DNA of 64,000 nt from Marsupella aquatica (lineage: Eukaryota; Plantae; Marchantiophyta): assembly GCA_973895155.1 (NCBI GenBank), contig OZ316895.1, forward strand, positions 8,420,184-8,484,183, read 5' to 3'. Positions 52,601-64,000 of this stretch are shown piece by piece (the stretch's first letter is position 1; the number at the start of each line of letters is the position of its first letter). The notes beneath the pieces are model-generated. The model was not told where the DNA came from, searched no databases, and saw only the letters and a list, made by a program, of their open reading frames with translations. The position numbers were made by a program, and so were the translations under genes.

Positions 52601-54052
52601 TCAGGGCCAAGTAAGACTTCAGCGCCAGCTTCTCCTTCTGGTTTCCCCTCTTTTCCTTCTTTCCCCTCTTCAGCCTCTTCTTCTTCTTCCTCTTTTTTTT
52701 TTTTAGACTTTTTCTTTTTCTTATCGTCCTCCTCTTCTTCCTCTGTTTCACTCTCTGCATCTGTGGACTCTCCAGCTGCTTCCGCTGCTGCAGCATCAGC
52801 TTCTTCTTTGGCGGCAGCTTCTTCTGCTGCTTTTTCTTCTGCTTCAGCTGCTGCTATAGCTGCTGCTTCCGCTTCTGCTGCTTCCTCTGCCTTCCTTTCT
52901 TCGTCTTCTATCCTTGCCTCTTCATCACTATCATACGGGCCCTCCTTTTCTTCGCCCTCTTCACCTTCCTCTCCCTCGGACTCCTCAGGGGGAGGCTCTT
53001 CTTCCTCATCTTCACCTTCTTCAGCTTCTTCGCCTTCTTTCTTCTCCTTAACCGGTTTTGGCTCCCATAATGGCTCTGTGATAGCAGCCACGTAGACAGC
53101 GCTGCTGTCTGGAAAGAAAACATACAGCTTATCAATCGATCACTTAGATTGTCGGGTCATCAACAACTAATGTAGATTGAAAGAAAACCTTATCCAGAGC
53201 ACAAATGATTAGATGGGTCAGCAAGTTGTAACGAGTCGTGTTAGTCATTGACGCTGATAAAGTGGGTGGAATTATCCATCTCCTTGAGAAAATCCATCAC
53301 TCCTGTTGGGTGCCAACTGTTTGAAGATTCTGGTCCAGCCAGCAGACTACCCATGAGGGCGCTAACGGCTGCACTTTCCACCAAGCTTTGCTATTGGCTG
53401 TATCTTTTTCAGAGGATCTTAATTCGGTGTCCCATAGATTTCTGTGATTGTCTAGGTGATTCTTAGGATCGTTTCAAATTTTGAAGTAACATTTGGAAGA
53501 CCTTCGATTGGCATTGCCACCATAAATTACTAATCTTATCGCAGAATGTACTCATTGCATGTAATTGATGCAGTCAATGGGTTTATTCAAAGACACTCAT
53601 TGCATGTAACTGTCTTGAACAACAACAGTATCAACTTGAAGGAATCAGTCAAGTTCAAAGCGGAATTTATATAGGATGAATGCACACAAACAGAACTGGA
53701 GAGAGAAAGCACATTTACCAGTGAAGGTGGTGATGGCTTTAATAGCTTGCTGCCACAGATTGAAAGGATCATCTTTAAGGTTTGCAATGTAATTGCACGA
53801 AGATATTCGAAGACCAGTCTCTTCTTCCTGCTTCTTCAGCACCCTATCTTCTTGTTGCTTTTGCTGGTTCTCTAATGTCGAAATCTCCCACTTTTCTTTC
53901 CTGTATTCCCTCAGATACTCTGCACTGTCGACATACTTGTAAAGCCATCCACTCAGCCACTGAATGGGGTCATGTGGCTGTACTATACATACTTCTGCTA
54001 ATGCAAGACTCAGTGGCTGACCTACCGTGTTGGCAAGGTAATCAGCATCCAT
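46627..54052 (-). CDS. RSP2: Flagellar radial spoke protein 2-like (Dpy-30 motif + GAF domain + Glu/Lys/Ala-rich tracts); 11 exons: 54052-53719, 53108-52456, 51955-51883, 51415-51327, 51015-49810, 49106-49041, 48734-48648, 48495-48424, 47973-47929, 47517-47425, 46911-46627 (1000 aa)
   Basis: Dpy-30 motif DYLANTVGQPLSLALAEVCIVQPHDPIQWLSGWLYKY. GAF-like segments VYVAAITEP, PKPPRPVKYKK, VLEKGLPFLDIPNV, YFGGLPRVGAYFAAPI and VVALLCADTL...GNPFRESEVFFLQEVARAI are colinear with Chlamydomonas RSP2 as recalled. The exons sum to 3003 nt in frame; the small 3' exons are less certain. Confidence 0.82.
51144..51251. repeat. Perfect 53-bp tandem duplication in RSP2 intron 4
   Basis: tatcgatttggtacaggggaataaatgcattgatatgaatttagtacgaatca occurs at 51144 and 51197. 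Confidence 0.95.
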
Positions 54053-55499
54053 GATGGCTTTTCAACTCGCTCATTTATTCATTGGAAAGACAAGCCTGAT
54101 GAATCTCTCTCATCTCTCCTGTTTAGGGATCACTATTCCTGTTCACACAACCCCAAAATCCAAATTCCGTTAAAGTTCCGAATGAGGCTGAGCAATAAAC
54201 TAGGACATGACAACAATTCTCTACTTTGTAACTGTCTCAATGTTTCCTTGTGATGTGAAACAAAAAGCTTACACTATGCGAGGACGGCTATGATAGGCGT
54301 TAAGTGCTAGCAGCCAGATTCGGCCCAAGCAGAATGACAGTTACATTTATTTCCAAACATGGTCAAGGAGGGATAGTAAGTTTGCTAATCCCTTGTAGAG
54401 ATGATCAGATTAGACTTGTTTGAATGGTTTGGTCAATACTTTATGGACGGAAACTTGTTTCTCGATAATGACCAATTTTTGTAGGTGTAGTAGATCTCTA
54501 AAAAGTTGACGCAATCTGAAGCCAACTCGTAGCCAAAAGGATAGTAGGTGCTCCAGGTATTGATTCAATTAGGCATTCTGAAACCACGTTGTGGTCACTG
54601 TCAAAGGTTAGTAGGTTCTTCAAATATTGATTCAATTACAGAAGGCATTTTAATTGTAGTGTAGTAGAGCTTTCATTGCGAACCGAGAACAGCGACCAAG
54701 CACCAATTTTCTCAGTAGCATTTTGCTATGGGACCGAGGACAATAAATTTCAGTTCGAACAGGATGAACACAGATACGTTGATAACTTATCGGGGCATGC
54801 GGTGATAACATAAATTGATGACTCACATTGGGTCACCCGGACTTGAAGGTTCGATTGCTCTGCAAGAGAATTGTGACGTTGTCAAGAGTGACCTCTTTTC
54901 ATTGGAATGAACTGTTGCTGCGAGATGTGATGTGCAGTTTCGTTATGAATTTTCTCAACTGGAGCCACTGAACACGGATCGACAAGGGAGATGTAGAATT
55001 TCTGATAGGAAAACCCACAGAGATGTTGGACCTGAGGCAGACAAAGAGCGCACCAATTGAGGCACTAAAGTACATGAGGACTCAGGAGACCTGCTGATCA
55101 CATTGCACGTTTAAAGAATGCTTGAGATGGTTAAATCCATTGCAATCCTGACAGTTCTTCTCCAGTTTCAGCTTTGGGTTTTGTTTTAAACTGTTTCAAT
55201 GGGCTGACTTAATGTGTGTGTGTGTATGTGTGACAATCTGTTGTAGTAATTGTTGTCCAAAATATAACTATATAATCAGGATCCAAAGCTACTATTTAGA
55301 GCCTAGGGTCTAGGATGATGCTTCTAGATAATGACTCTAGGAATGTAATTGAAGTTGAGAGGGTGTGGGTGGAAAACGAGGATTGGGGCAGGGTGAGTCA
55401 CTCGTGCAAATGGTGCAGCGGACTTGAATGTTTTCACCTCTGTTTCTTTCTGTTAAAAGAATGCCCACTCAAGCTCATGAAAAATACAACAATAGAAAA

Positions 55500-56350
55500 T
55501 TGGGTTTTTTCTAGGCTACAAAACAGTTGTGTGGCTTGCTATGGGTGCTTTAAAGAAATAAAATGAATGAACTTGAAAACTTTGAATGCCAGGCCCCAGG
55601 ACCTGAGCCCTGAGCTACCACTAAGCTACCACAAAAATTGGCTTAGTCCATATTTGGTGATTACAAAGAACAATGTCATGCGAAAGAGACAAAGTGTTTT
55701 CTTAGCTCATCCTTTTGAAGAAATGGTTGACTCTTGTTCTTCGTATTAGGAGTAGATTGAGGCAATTTCTTGAAAAGTGGCCACTTGATTTTATATTATA
55801 GTCCTAATGAGCATTGAATAACCTGACAAGGTCCACCATTCAGAAAGGGTTTCTTTTTGCACAGCTCGTAGTGATACAAAGGAGAACCTGGATAGATGCA
55901 AAAGTTTAGAATGGTGATAAGATGGACTCACAGAACATAGACAGACACAATCCAAACATCAAATTGTACTTTCATGACACTATAGATAGTTTTCCAAGAG
56001 TACTTTGTTCCTGTTTTGTTACATTATGGTTAGATGGTGTCCATCCTTCGGGAAAGTGTGTTATTCAGCTTGTACATTTGTGGAATCTCATGAGGATATA
56101 CCCAAAAGGACCTTAGGAAAAAGAAGCTAAACCTGATAATAAAATGATCTCTTCTCAATGAGAGGATTGGGCTAGATTGAGCAATTGCTGCAGAATGTTA
56201 GATTATGTATGCATTCTTCTTGGAATTCAGAGGTCATTTTGAGTGACATGGTACACAAAAATGCCATTGTAGCTAGTTTTGACACATCATAGTATACGCA
56301 CATATATCCACATGCACGATCCGTTAGTCCATTAAAGACACAACAGCACT
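55500..56350 (+). mobile_element. Heavily degraded hAT (ZNF862-like) transposase relic
   Basis: Frameshifted pieces FLFAQLVVIQ / NLDRCKSL / DGLTE / IKLYF occur in the order expected for the 'EFL..I..VI...L.R......DESTD...L..Y' catalytic region, with a later CATTGT (HC) motif. Confidence 0.35.
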
Positions 56351-59282
56351 AAGATGATAATTGGGTCTGGATGCATCCTCACATTCTTCTGTTTGGAACT
56401 GCGTGTGTATTAAGCATCACTAATAAACTACATCACTCAGTGGTTCCAAAACAAAAGAAAGAATCCAAAGAGCTAGACTCTGGGATTCTCTGGAGTGAGG
56501 GGATGGCTTTTTGTTCAACCACAACAGCCATGGCACAATTTCCAACATTTGGTCCCACCAGATTTGCTGGTAACTCCTAAGCAATTCATCTCCTAATATG
56601 ACCCTGGTGATCTCTGGATAGCGTGGATTGAGGTTTGAGCAAGTAGGGGATAAAACTTGTGTTTTTGCTCTGGTTTTTGAATGCCAACTTTACTCACATG
56701 TAAATCCGCAATAACAAACAGAGACTACTGAGTGAGTGGCTTTTGGGAAAGAGCTTTTAATTGAGATGAGTACCAAAAGGAACCTTGGAGAAAAAAAGTT
56801 TGCATGTTATTTTATTCAGGTTTATTTTTACTCCATCGCTCTTTTCTTTGTGCACCCTCATTCCTCATCCATGTTTTATGTTTCCACCCTCACTTTCAGT
56901 TATGCTTTAATCATTTAGAGTCACAATCTAGAGGCTTCACTCAAGACTCACTGTAAACCCAGGGAGTGGCTTGTGATTGCAATTATACACTTATAGATAG
57001 ATTGCGGACCCCACTAACAAAAGCTTTTGGGGCCCGGTTTTTGGGGTCCTTGTGAAACCCAAATTTGGGGCTCTACTCACAATATATATTTTGGGTTCCT
57101 TGTGCAACACAAAAGGAGAATGTTCCAAGCATCCCGCCTGCAAACATTGCAAACACTGACTTTTCAATTATACATTGTATTTTGAGTTAAAAAACCTATC
57201 AGGAGAATGATAGTCTGGACTTGTGTCATGTCTTAAAATGGGAAATAATTATGTTTTGCCTACTACTTCCTGCCATGGTTGTTGTGGTCAAACAAAAATC
57301 ATCCTCAGTATTGGATGAGTTCCAGTGGTGGACCTTGCCACCCAACGCTCTCACCAATCCCAGCACCCATGCCTAAGTGCCCCTACTGTCCGAAATCCTC
57401 CACGGAATACCTCAAGCAAGTAACCTAGTGCCCCTTGCACCACCAGCGGCCCCTCCCATATGAAGCCACACTTGCTCTCCAACATAACCGCTACTCAACG
57501 GTCCTCATTGTCTGCACAAGCAACCAAGCATCTCAATAAATAACCCTTCAAGATCTAGATCTCCCAAGTCTAGCATTTTAACTCAAGCTCAACAGACATT
57601 GGTAAGTAGGTCAGCGATAGGTACTCCCGATGCCATAAGCCAGAACTAGAATCGACGCCCACTATTTGTCTAGAATAACTCCTTCCTTGGGTGTAGCCAG
57701 GGTTCCCCCTTGTACCGATCCATCACCAACTGACCGTCCTGCTCCCAGGACATGCTCAAGGCCCAAATAGCGTAGCTTGTCTTAAAGCTTGTCCCTACAC
57801 GTCGGGACCAAAATGACCCCGACTTTAGCAACCAACTCTTGGTCAATTCTCACCCCACTGATGGTCTAGGGGCCAAGTGCCCTTTGAACTCAACCTCCAT
57901 GCCTACTTGGCTTTGCCTCCCCAACGCTAGCTCCCTTGAAAGACTGAACGCGACTTGGTTGCTGTTTTGGCAGGATTTGGCAAGTAGGCGAGATAGCATC
58001 CGCAAACCTCAAGAACCTATGGCGCCCCAAGACCCAGCTAAGCTCAGGAGGATGTAGCCCTCCTTGAGAGCTTTCCAATGCACCCAAGAAGCCCCCAATG
58101 GACTTCCCGTTGGGCGGTTATCGTCATTTTGTTCGGCGTTTTCCCTTAGTGTCACGACAGCCACGGCTCACGACTTTGGTTTGCCCTTAGCCCCCAGGGA
58201 GACACTACTCCCCTCATATATGCTTCTGGAGACCTGCCACCCCAGGACCAACTTTGGTCCCCAAAATTTTGGCCCCCAACCTGGACCCCATCCTGTATGT
58301 CTGGGCGCGCCACCAACTGGCAACGTCCATAACTTTCTAGTTAGGCATCCGCAAGCGGAGTGCCTTAGCCCGTTGCGATCAGGCTGACCCAGTGCTCATG
58401 CCTAGGCCCTCAGATCTCACTCAAGCCTCAAAACTCAAAGTCCGTCGGGACCCATCCACCTTGAGCCCGGCCCTTTTCCCCTCGACCCGACCAACTCTCA
58501 ACTAGTCTAAGTCCTTAGTGTGTGGCACCAGCTTGGCGCCTTGCCTTCGCCAACGCCATGTCCCATTGCCCACAAGTCTCCCCATGCTAAGTCCTCCCCG
58601 GATGGCCTATCCGGGCCTGGACCATAAGGGGGCTTGGCGTTGGAGTCAACGACACCGGAGCTAAATGTTAAGGTAGTCGAGTTCCGTGACTGTTCCCTTC
58701 ACAATAGAATTTAGATTCACACCTCAGTAGATTAATTATAATCTTGGAAACTAATTGACTCCAAACCCAATAAAAAGCCAAAACTGTATATTTTACTCCA
58801 ATCATATACAATGTGGTCAAAAGCATCCAATGGCTGAAATTCTCATAGCATTTATTACTGGCAATGGATTGAACACGACTCTTTTTATTTATGTTAGAGG
58901 GCTCAGTCCCTGAAAAATCCAATAGAATTATATTACAGTTGGACATGACTGTTTTGCATTGTAGTTACTCACCTCTAGCCTTGACAATCAGACAACATTA
59001 CAACAAATGAGTTGGACTTGACTTCTTACATTCAGTTATTGGGTTTGGTCCCCACTTATAATACAATTCAGTTACAGGAAGGTTTTCCAACAAAGGACTA
59101 CAGTATATAATCCTCAGTACATTGGGCACTGGCTGTTGAGATTCAATTGTAATGGATTAGGCAAATACCTTTCATTCCGTCAAACTTATTATTACCACCC
59201 TTGAAGGAGCTCTTTGTACCTCAGGGGCCTCACTCAAAGTGGGGTCTTATACCATGAGCAACTTGTTAGGTCATAAAGACCC

Positions 59283-59286
<4 letters not shown>

Positions 59287-59321
<35 letters not shown>
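59287..59321. repeat. (TA)n microsatellite
   Basis: Directly visible. Confidence 0.97.
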
Positions 59322-59325
<4 letters not shown>

Positions 59326-60430
59326 TATGAAAACATGTTTAATTTCTGAACCCTAACCTTATAAAATATTGTGAAATTATTCCCTATTTTTTCAAATTGC
59401 TCAAAATCAGATTTTTAAACCCTAATTTTCTTCAACAAAATTTTATAAGTCTTCTATAGACTTAAGTGAATAAAAATCTCTTTGTATATTTATTTGTATC
59501 TGACAGTCGGATGAAAAATAAGTGGGGACCCCAAGCTTGTACCAATGAGAGAATCCACAGTACCACATGGGAAGGTACTGGTGGATGCAAGGATGCTGCC
59601 ATGGTCTTCTGTTGGGCTTGTTGCTAGATTGTTGGGCGGGATGTCTGCAAACACAGACTACCATAGGTACCAAACTCAGGTTTTGGAATCGCCCCCTGTT
59701 CTTCTCTGATGATAATTGTGATAGAAATTGAGGATTTTGCGCAAATATGCGCACCATATCTCAAATTACTGTGGACTCTGTGGGTCTCCATATACATACT
59801 GGACCAACTAGTAAGGATCTTAGACCTGCCCTCTTCAGCTTCAAATAATAGGGATGGTGACTTGAGAGCAGCCCATACTGACAGTGTACACTTACTGGTA
59901 CCAGTATAGTTGATGAGTGTGTCAGTTGACAGACGTACTGTAATTTGGAGAAAATAATCTCCCATGGACAGAGCCCGCAAACTATGCAAGGGCTCGTAAA
60001 CCATGCGAGTCCCATGCCATGCACTGTACCTGACAGCATTTCATTCATTGACAACCTTCTTGTTTCCAACAACTAAGTTTGGCTTACATTACCTCCCTTG
60101 ATGTCCAATGGAAGTGGCCTTTCTTGTGCTCATGAGAAGCAGTTGGAAAGACATTTTTTCCTACTAGTCTAATAGATTTAGTTCTCATACAACATTGAAA
60201 GAGTTGTGAATTTCTAAAGAAATATATATTTGTGCTTCGGAAAGGTCTTTAGCTAGCACCTAGCTTTGACATTCAGTACCTCCCTTGATATCCGATGAGA
60301 TCTGATTTTTCTGGGTTTGTATAAACAGCTTGGAAAGATCTTTCCAATCATGAGACCATTATTGTCAAGTCTCATTGAGAATTGAGAGATAACTCAATCA
60401 TAAAGGTATAGTCCAACATGCCTAACATGC

Positions 60431-60707
60431 CTTGAATCTCACCAATCATGCATGTTTGAGGGATGAATCCCACTTCTGTAAGTGAATCTCTCTATACTCA
60501 AAACTTGACTCACACATAGAATCATGGTAGCTTTGAATGCAAGAAATTAGTCTCGTTTTGCAAGAGGTACGTGTGACTTGAATCTCACCATGCATGATTG
60601 AGGGATGAATCCCACTTCACATAGTGAATCTCTCTATACTCTAAGCCTGACTCACACATAGAATCATGGTCGCTTTGAATGCAAGTAATTACTCTTGGTT
60701 TGCAAGA
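60431..60707. repeat. 146-bp period tandem duplication inside the long-TIR element
   Basis: cttgaatctcacc...gactcacacatagaatcatggt.gctttgaatgcaag occurs at 60431 and 60577. Confidence 0.93.
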
Positions 60708-63700
60708 ATATCTCGATCGCCGAATGTCTGACAAACTCCAAGTGTCCGAGTATAATCCTTAATATAATTACATACCACTATCTACTTTAATTAGTTATGC
60801 TAGTTCACGGGCTGTCTATGTTTATTCTAACACATCCTGCCAAAGAGCAACAACTGCCAATTCAAACCACATGCAAGTCTTCGGGGTTTCACTTCCACAA
60901 AAATGACATATCATGTGCGACAAAGGATAAGGTGGTTCTAAGGGAAGACTTAAGAATTTTTGTAGAAGAACAATAGGGTCTTTTAAATTCAATTTTGAGA
61001 CTTATAAGAACAATTATTAGGGTCTTTTTAATCCAATGTTTGGAAGATTCCAAGAATATTCCAACTTTATAAGGGTTAAAAAATAATATTTTTTTTCTTA
61101 CATTTTAGGGGGTCCGAGGCCTAAAAATGTCGCAGGTGATGGGGAGGTCCCCATATAGTGAGACCCCCGAGATGCAAGTATTGGAGTCCCTACCTATGCA
61201 AGATTCTATGAAATAATATGTGAATTAATTACATTATTTAGTGTGTGCCATTTCATTGTGGGAACTCATCTTCCAATTCTTTTGGGCCCTTGACTTCGTT
61301 AACTGTTAAAAGAATACTGACCCATAAGATTCAAGGACATATGTGAGTGAGAATACCAAGGATGCTTTAACTGGTATACAAGGAAGTCACTGAATATACC
61401 TGGATCTGTCTATCTTAGTGGAAAGTGTGATGCAAGCACTATTTTCAAGCTAGGCATAGAATGAACCTGTCCATGAGTAATTTAATTTCTTAGTGCTCAA
61501 AGGCAAGCTCAAAGGACAAGAAATCTAGAGTAGCTGCTAGGAGTGGAAGTCTACATGGGTGGAAGGTGACAGAGAGTACATAGGAAAGAGGTGGAGCGGG
61601 AGGTGGAGGTACCGTCCAGCGCACTATAGTTGAGCTGGAGGTTTCAAGAAGCTCAGTATGTTGAGGATAGTATTGGAAGACAATTTTTGGGAGGGAAGAG
61701 TTGTTGTTTTTTGTTGGGTGCGGGGGTGGGTGGGTGTGAAGGAGGAAGTTTTTAAGTGGGCTGGTCGAGAGATTTTATGGGGAGTGGGTGAGGATTTTCA
61801 AGACAGGGGCTGCAGCCACGCTAATTTGTGAGGCGGCTGCACCAAGGGGTTTCCTATTCTTGTTTTATATATATTGGGGAGGGTGTAGATTTGGAAAGGG
61901 GACTGAGGCCAGGCCAGATAAACTTTCCTAAAAAATTTAAGCATTTTTAACTAAGTCTAACAAAGTCAGATCTACATGATTTTCTAGGGCTGGTTAATCT
62001 GACCCTTGAAGTGCAAACTTAACTGATTGTGCATACTTTTGGCCCGACTTTCGAACCTGCTTTTGAATTGCATACATATGTACGTGATCACTTACTGCAA
62101 ATAAATTCTGGCTGGTATTTTGTCCATGCACGGACACTGTGCGACTCTGGTATGTATGTGGAAGGCCCGGTGGATTGAAGGAAATGAGGGGGAATGGATC
62201 CAGGTTAGCCATGCGGGTAGCCACGCATATTTGTCTTCCAATCCTACATGATGGCATGTTCTTATGATTGATTGAAAGCTTCTGTGAAAGCAATTTAAGA
62301 TTTAGCAAGCATTGGTTCAACATTGGCAATAACACCAATTAAAAGCAAGCACATTGTGAGTGCTTTCAACTGGCACTTTTGCACCAGAGAAAACTAGCTA
62401 GCTAGGACTCATCTTTGTAAAGAATATTCCAAAAAGATAGGGGTAGAAAAATAGTTCAATTGTTTTTTTCTTATATTTAAGGTGTTTAATTTAGCGAAAA
62501 ATGTCAAGCGTGTTATGAGACCCCCTTTATAGTGAGGCCCCCGAGGAAAGAGGGTTTTGAACGTGCCCTACATCTGTAACATTGCTCTGTGTTGCAAAGT
62601 CTCTTGGTAATTGCTATACTTTTGGGATCAGAAGGGCTTTGATAGCCATGTCTATGAATGAGACCTGATAATCACCATTGCGGGATTCACTGTATCTGGC
62701 TATCAGAAGGGGCTTGGATAGCAATGTCCATGAATGAGACCTGACAATCAACATTGCAGGATTTAATCTATCTGGCATGCAGCACTGAAAAGATCTGGAG
62801 TGGTCTGCGGTTGAGTCCATGGTCACATGAAGACTGAACAAATCTTCCCTGCCACCATATTTTCTAGCTCCCAAAATCTGGGGCCCTCACTTGAAGGGGG
62901 GGGGGTCTCCTATATCACGTGCAACAGTTTTGAGTCATAAACACCCTAAGAATTATTATTCTTTTTACCCCTGTTTGATTTTTGATTGAAACCTTTCCTT
63001 TTTTTATATGAATGCTATGAAAAGATTAAGAGCAAGGGATTAAGAGACTCTATAGTTATCTGTGCGTGATAGCTAGGTTGAAAGAAAATATTTGAGTATT
63101 GGGGCCCAAAATACCCAACCGTAGCTTCTCTATCCTCAGGTACCAATATTAGACTATGAGGTCCCATTACTAGCTTGACCTCACTTCCTCAGGCAACAAA
63201 GCTTCAACCTCTGGCACTATTTTGGCTCGGTTAGTTCCAAATTCCTGACAACATTATTTAATGATAGTATAAAGTAAGCCTTCATGCATGTCAGTCAACA
63301 AGGGAGGCAAACTTGGAGTGATTAACAAAGTCACATAAACGTGCTTTCCACACAATAGGCTGACCCCTCCGATAAGACATTATATGTGGTGCGTGTCCAA
63401 ACTAAGGGTTTAATAAGACTGCCCCCAAAAGGATTCTGCATGGATGCCTTTTACAACTTCTTCAGACGTAACGGGGGGACTACATGCATGCAAACAATTT
63501 TGGATATTGCACTTGGTTTGGCCCATTTCTCCTTTGGATATGTCCTCATTCATTCCGAAGCAAAACCCATATTTCTCGGGGAAGACGGGGTATTCGAGAA
63601 GCATTTTGGAGTTTTGGACTCACTCTGTCTGATGGACGGTTGATTGATGCCCACATGCTTGCTGCTGAAAATCAGTCCACTTGAATGACTGTAAATATGT

Positions 63701-64000
63701 ATAGCTGAGCGTTGACCAGTGAGTATTACGTTGCCAAGAAAACATCTGAGCTTGATGAGGAAATGCTGCATTGATCTTGCCGTATGGATCCTTCACAAAA
63801 TCCACAGGAAAGAAGTCTTAACATCTACACTATTTAGTGTCCCTCTTTGGTTTGTCGGTGATGAGGGTATCTATTGAAATCATATCATTCAAATGCTTCA
63901 GAAGTTTCAACAAATTAAATGAATTTCATGAAAAGGAAAGAGTTCTGGCACTGTGAGACTCTCAAGATCCTACCGAATTTCTTTCAATTCCCCGAAGAGA

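Larger units (their letters stand above)
59214..61179. mobile_element. Non-autonomous long-TIR (Mutator/foldback-like) element; ends approximate
   Basis: The ~320-bp left arm (ggggcctcact...ccctaattttcttcaacaaaattttataagtcttc...aagtggggacccc) is matched in reverse complement by 60880-61179 (ggggtttcacttcc...gaagacttaagaatttttgtagaagaacaataggg...agtgagaccccc). Related arms occur at 1-115, ~62430-62550 and ~62878-62980. Confidence 0.65.

Noticed and set aside
49862-53095. Long Ser-rich and Phe-rich plus-strand ORFs (49862-50824, 50125-50754, 52436-53095) and Lys/Arg-rich alternative minus frames
   Set aside because: These are antisense or frame shadows of the low-complexity GAA-rich exons of the RSP2-like gene.
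57300-58660. C-rich stretch with MPTWLCLPN resembling the LINE ORF1 PVWVxLP motif
   Set aside because: This is a single weak motif with no endonuclease or RT sequence recognised. It is likely old TE debris but is unclassifiable by eye.

Overview
Eukaryotic nuclear DNA with spliceosomal introns. It most likely comes from a non-seed land plant with flagellated sperm (bryophyte/liverwort-like; inferred from plant-type carotenoid genes plus an axonemal radial-spoke gene). Five genes could be reconstructed exon by exon by eye: lycopene beta-cyclase LCYB (+, 8 exons), tubulin-folding cofactor B (-, 9 exons), prolycopene isomerase CRTISO (-, intronless), translin-associated factor X (+, 7 exons) and a ~1000-aa radial spoke protein 2 (RSP2)-like Dpy-30/GAF protein (-, 11 exons, one GC-AG intron). 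The most notable points are: (1) two consecutive carotenoid-pathway enzymes lie ~30 kb apart, with intron architectures reversed relative to angiosperms; (2) a nested tandem duplication has copied the CRTISO start codon upstream, creating a 44-codon uORF; (3) there is a full-length algal-type RSP2 with very large acidic insertions; (4) an unannotated spliced gene carries a TAZ-like HCCC motif and is followed by decayed coding-like DNA. Intergenic DNA holds many short tandem duplications, minisatellites, a foldback array, long-TIR elements and hAT-like transposase relics. All gene models and homologies were read manually and recalled from memory; no searches were run.
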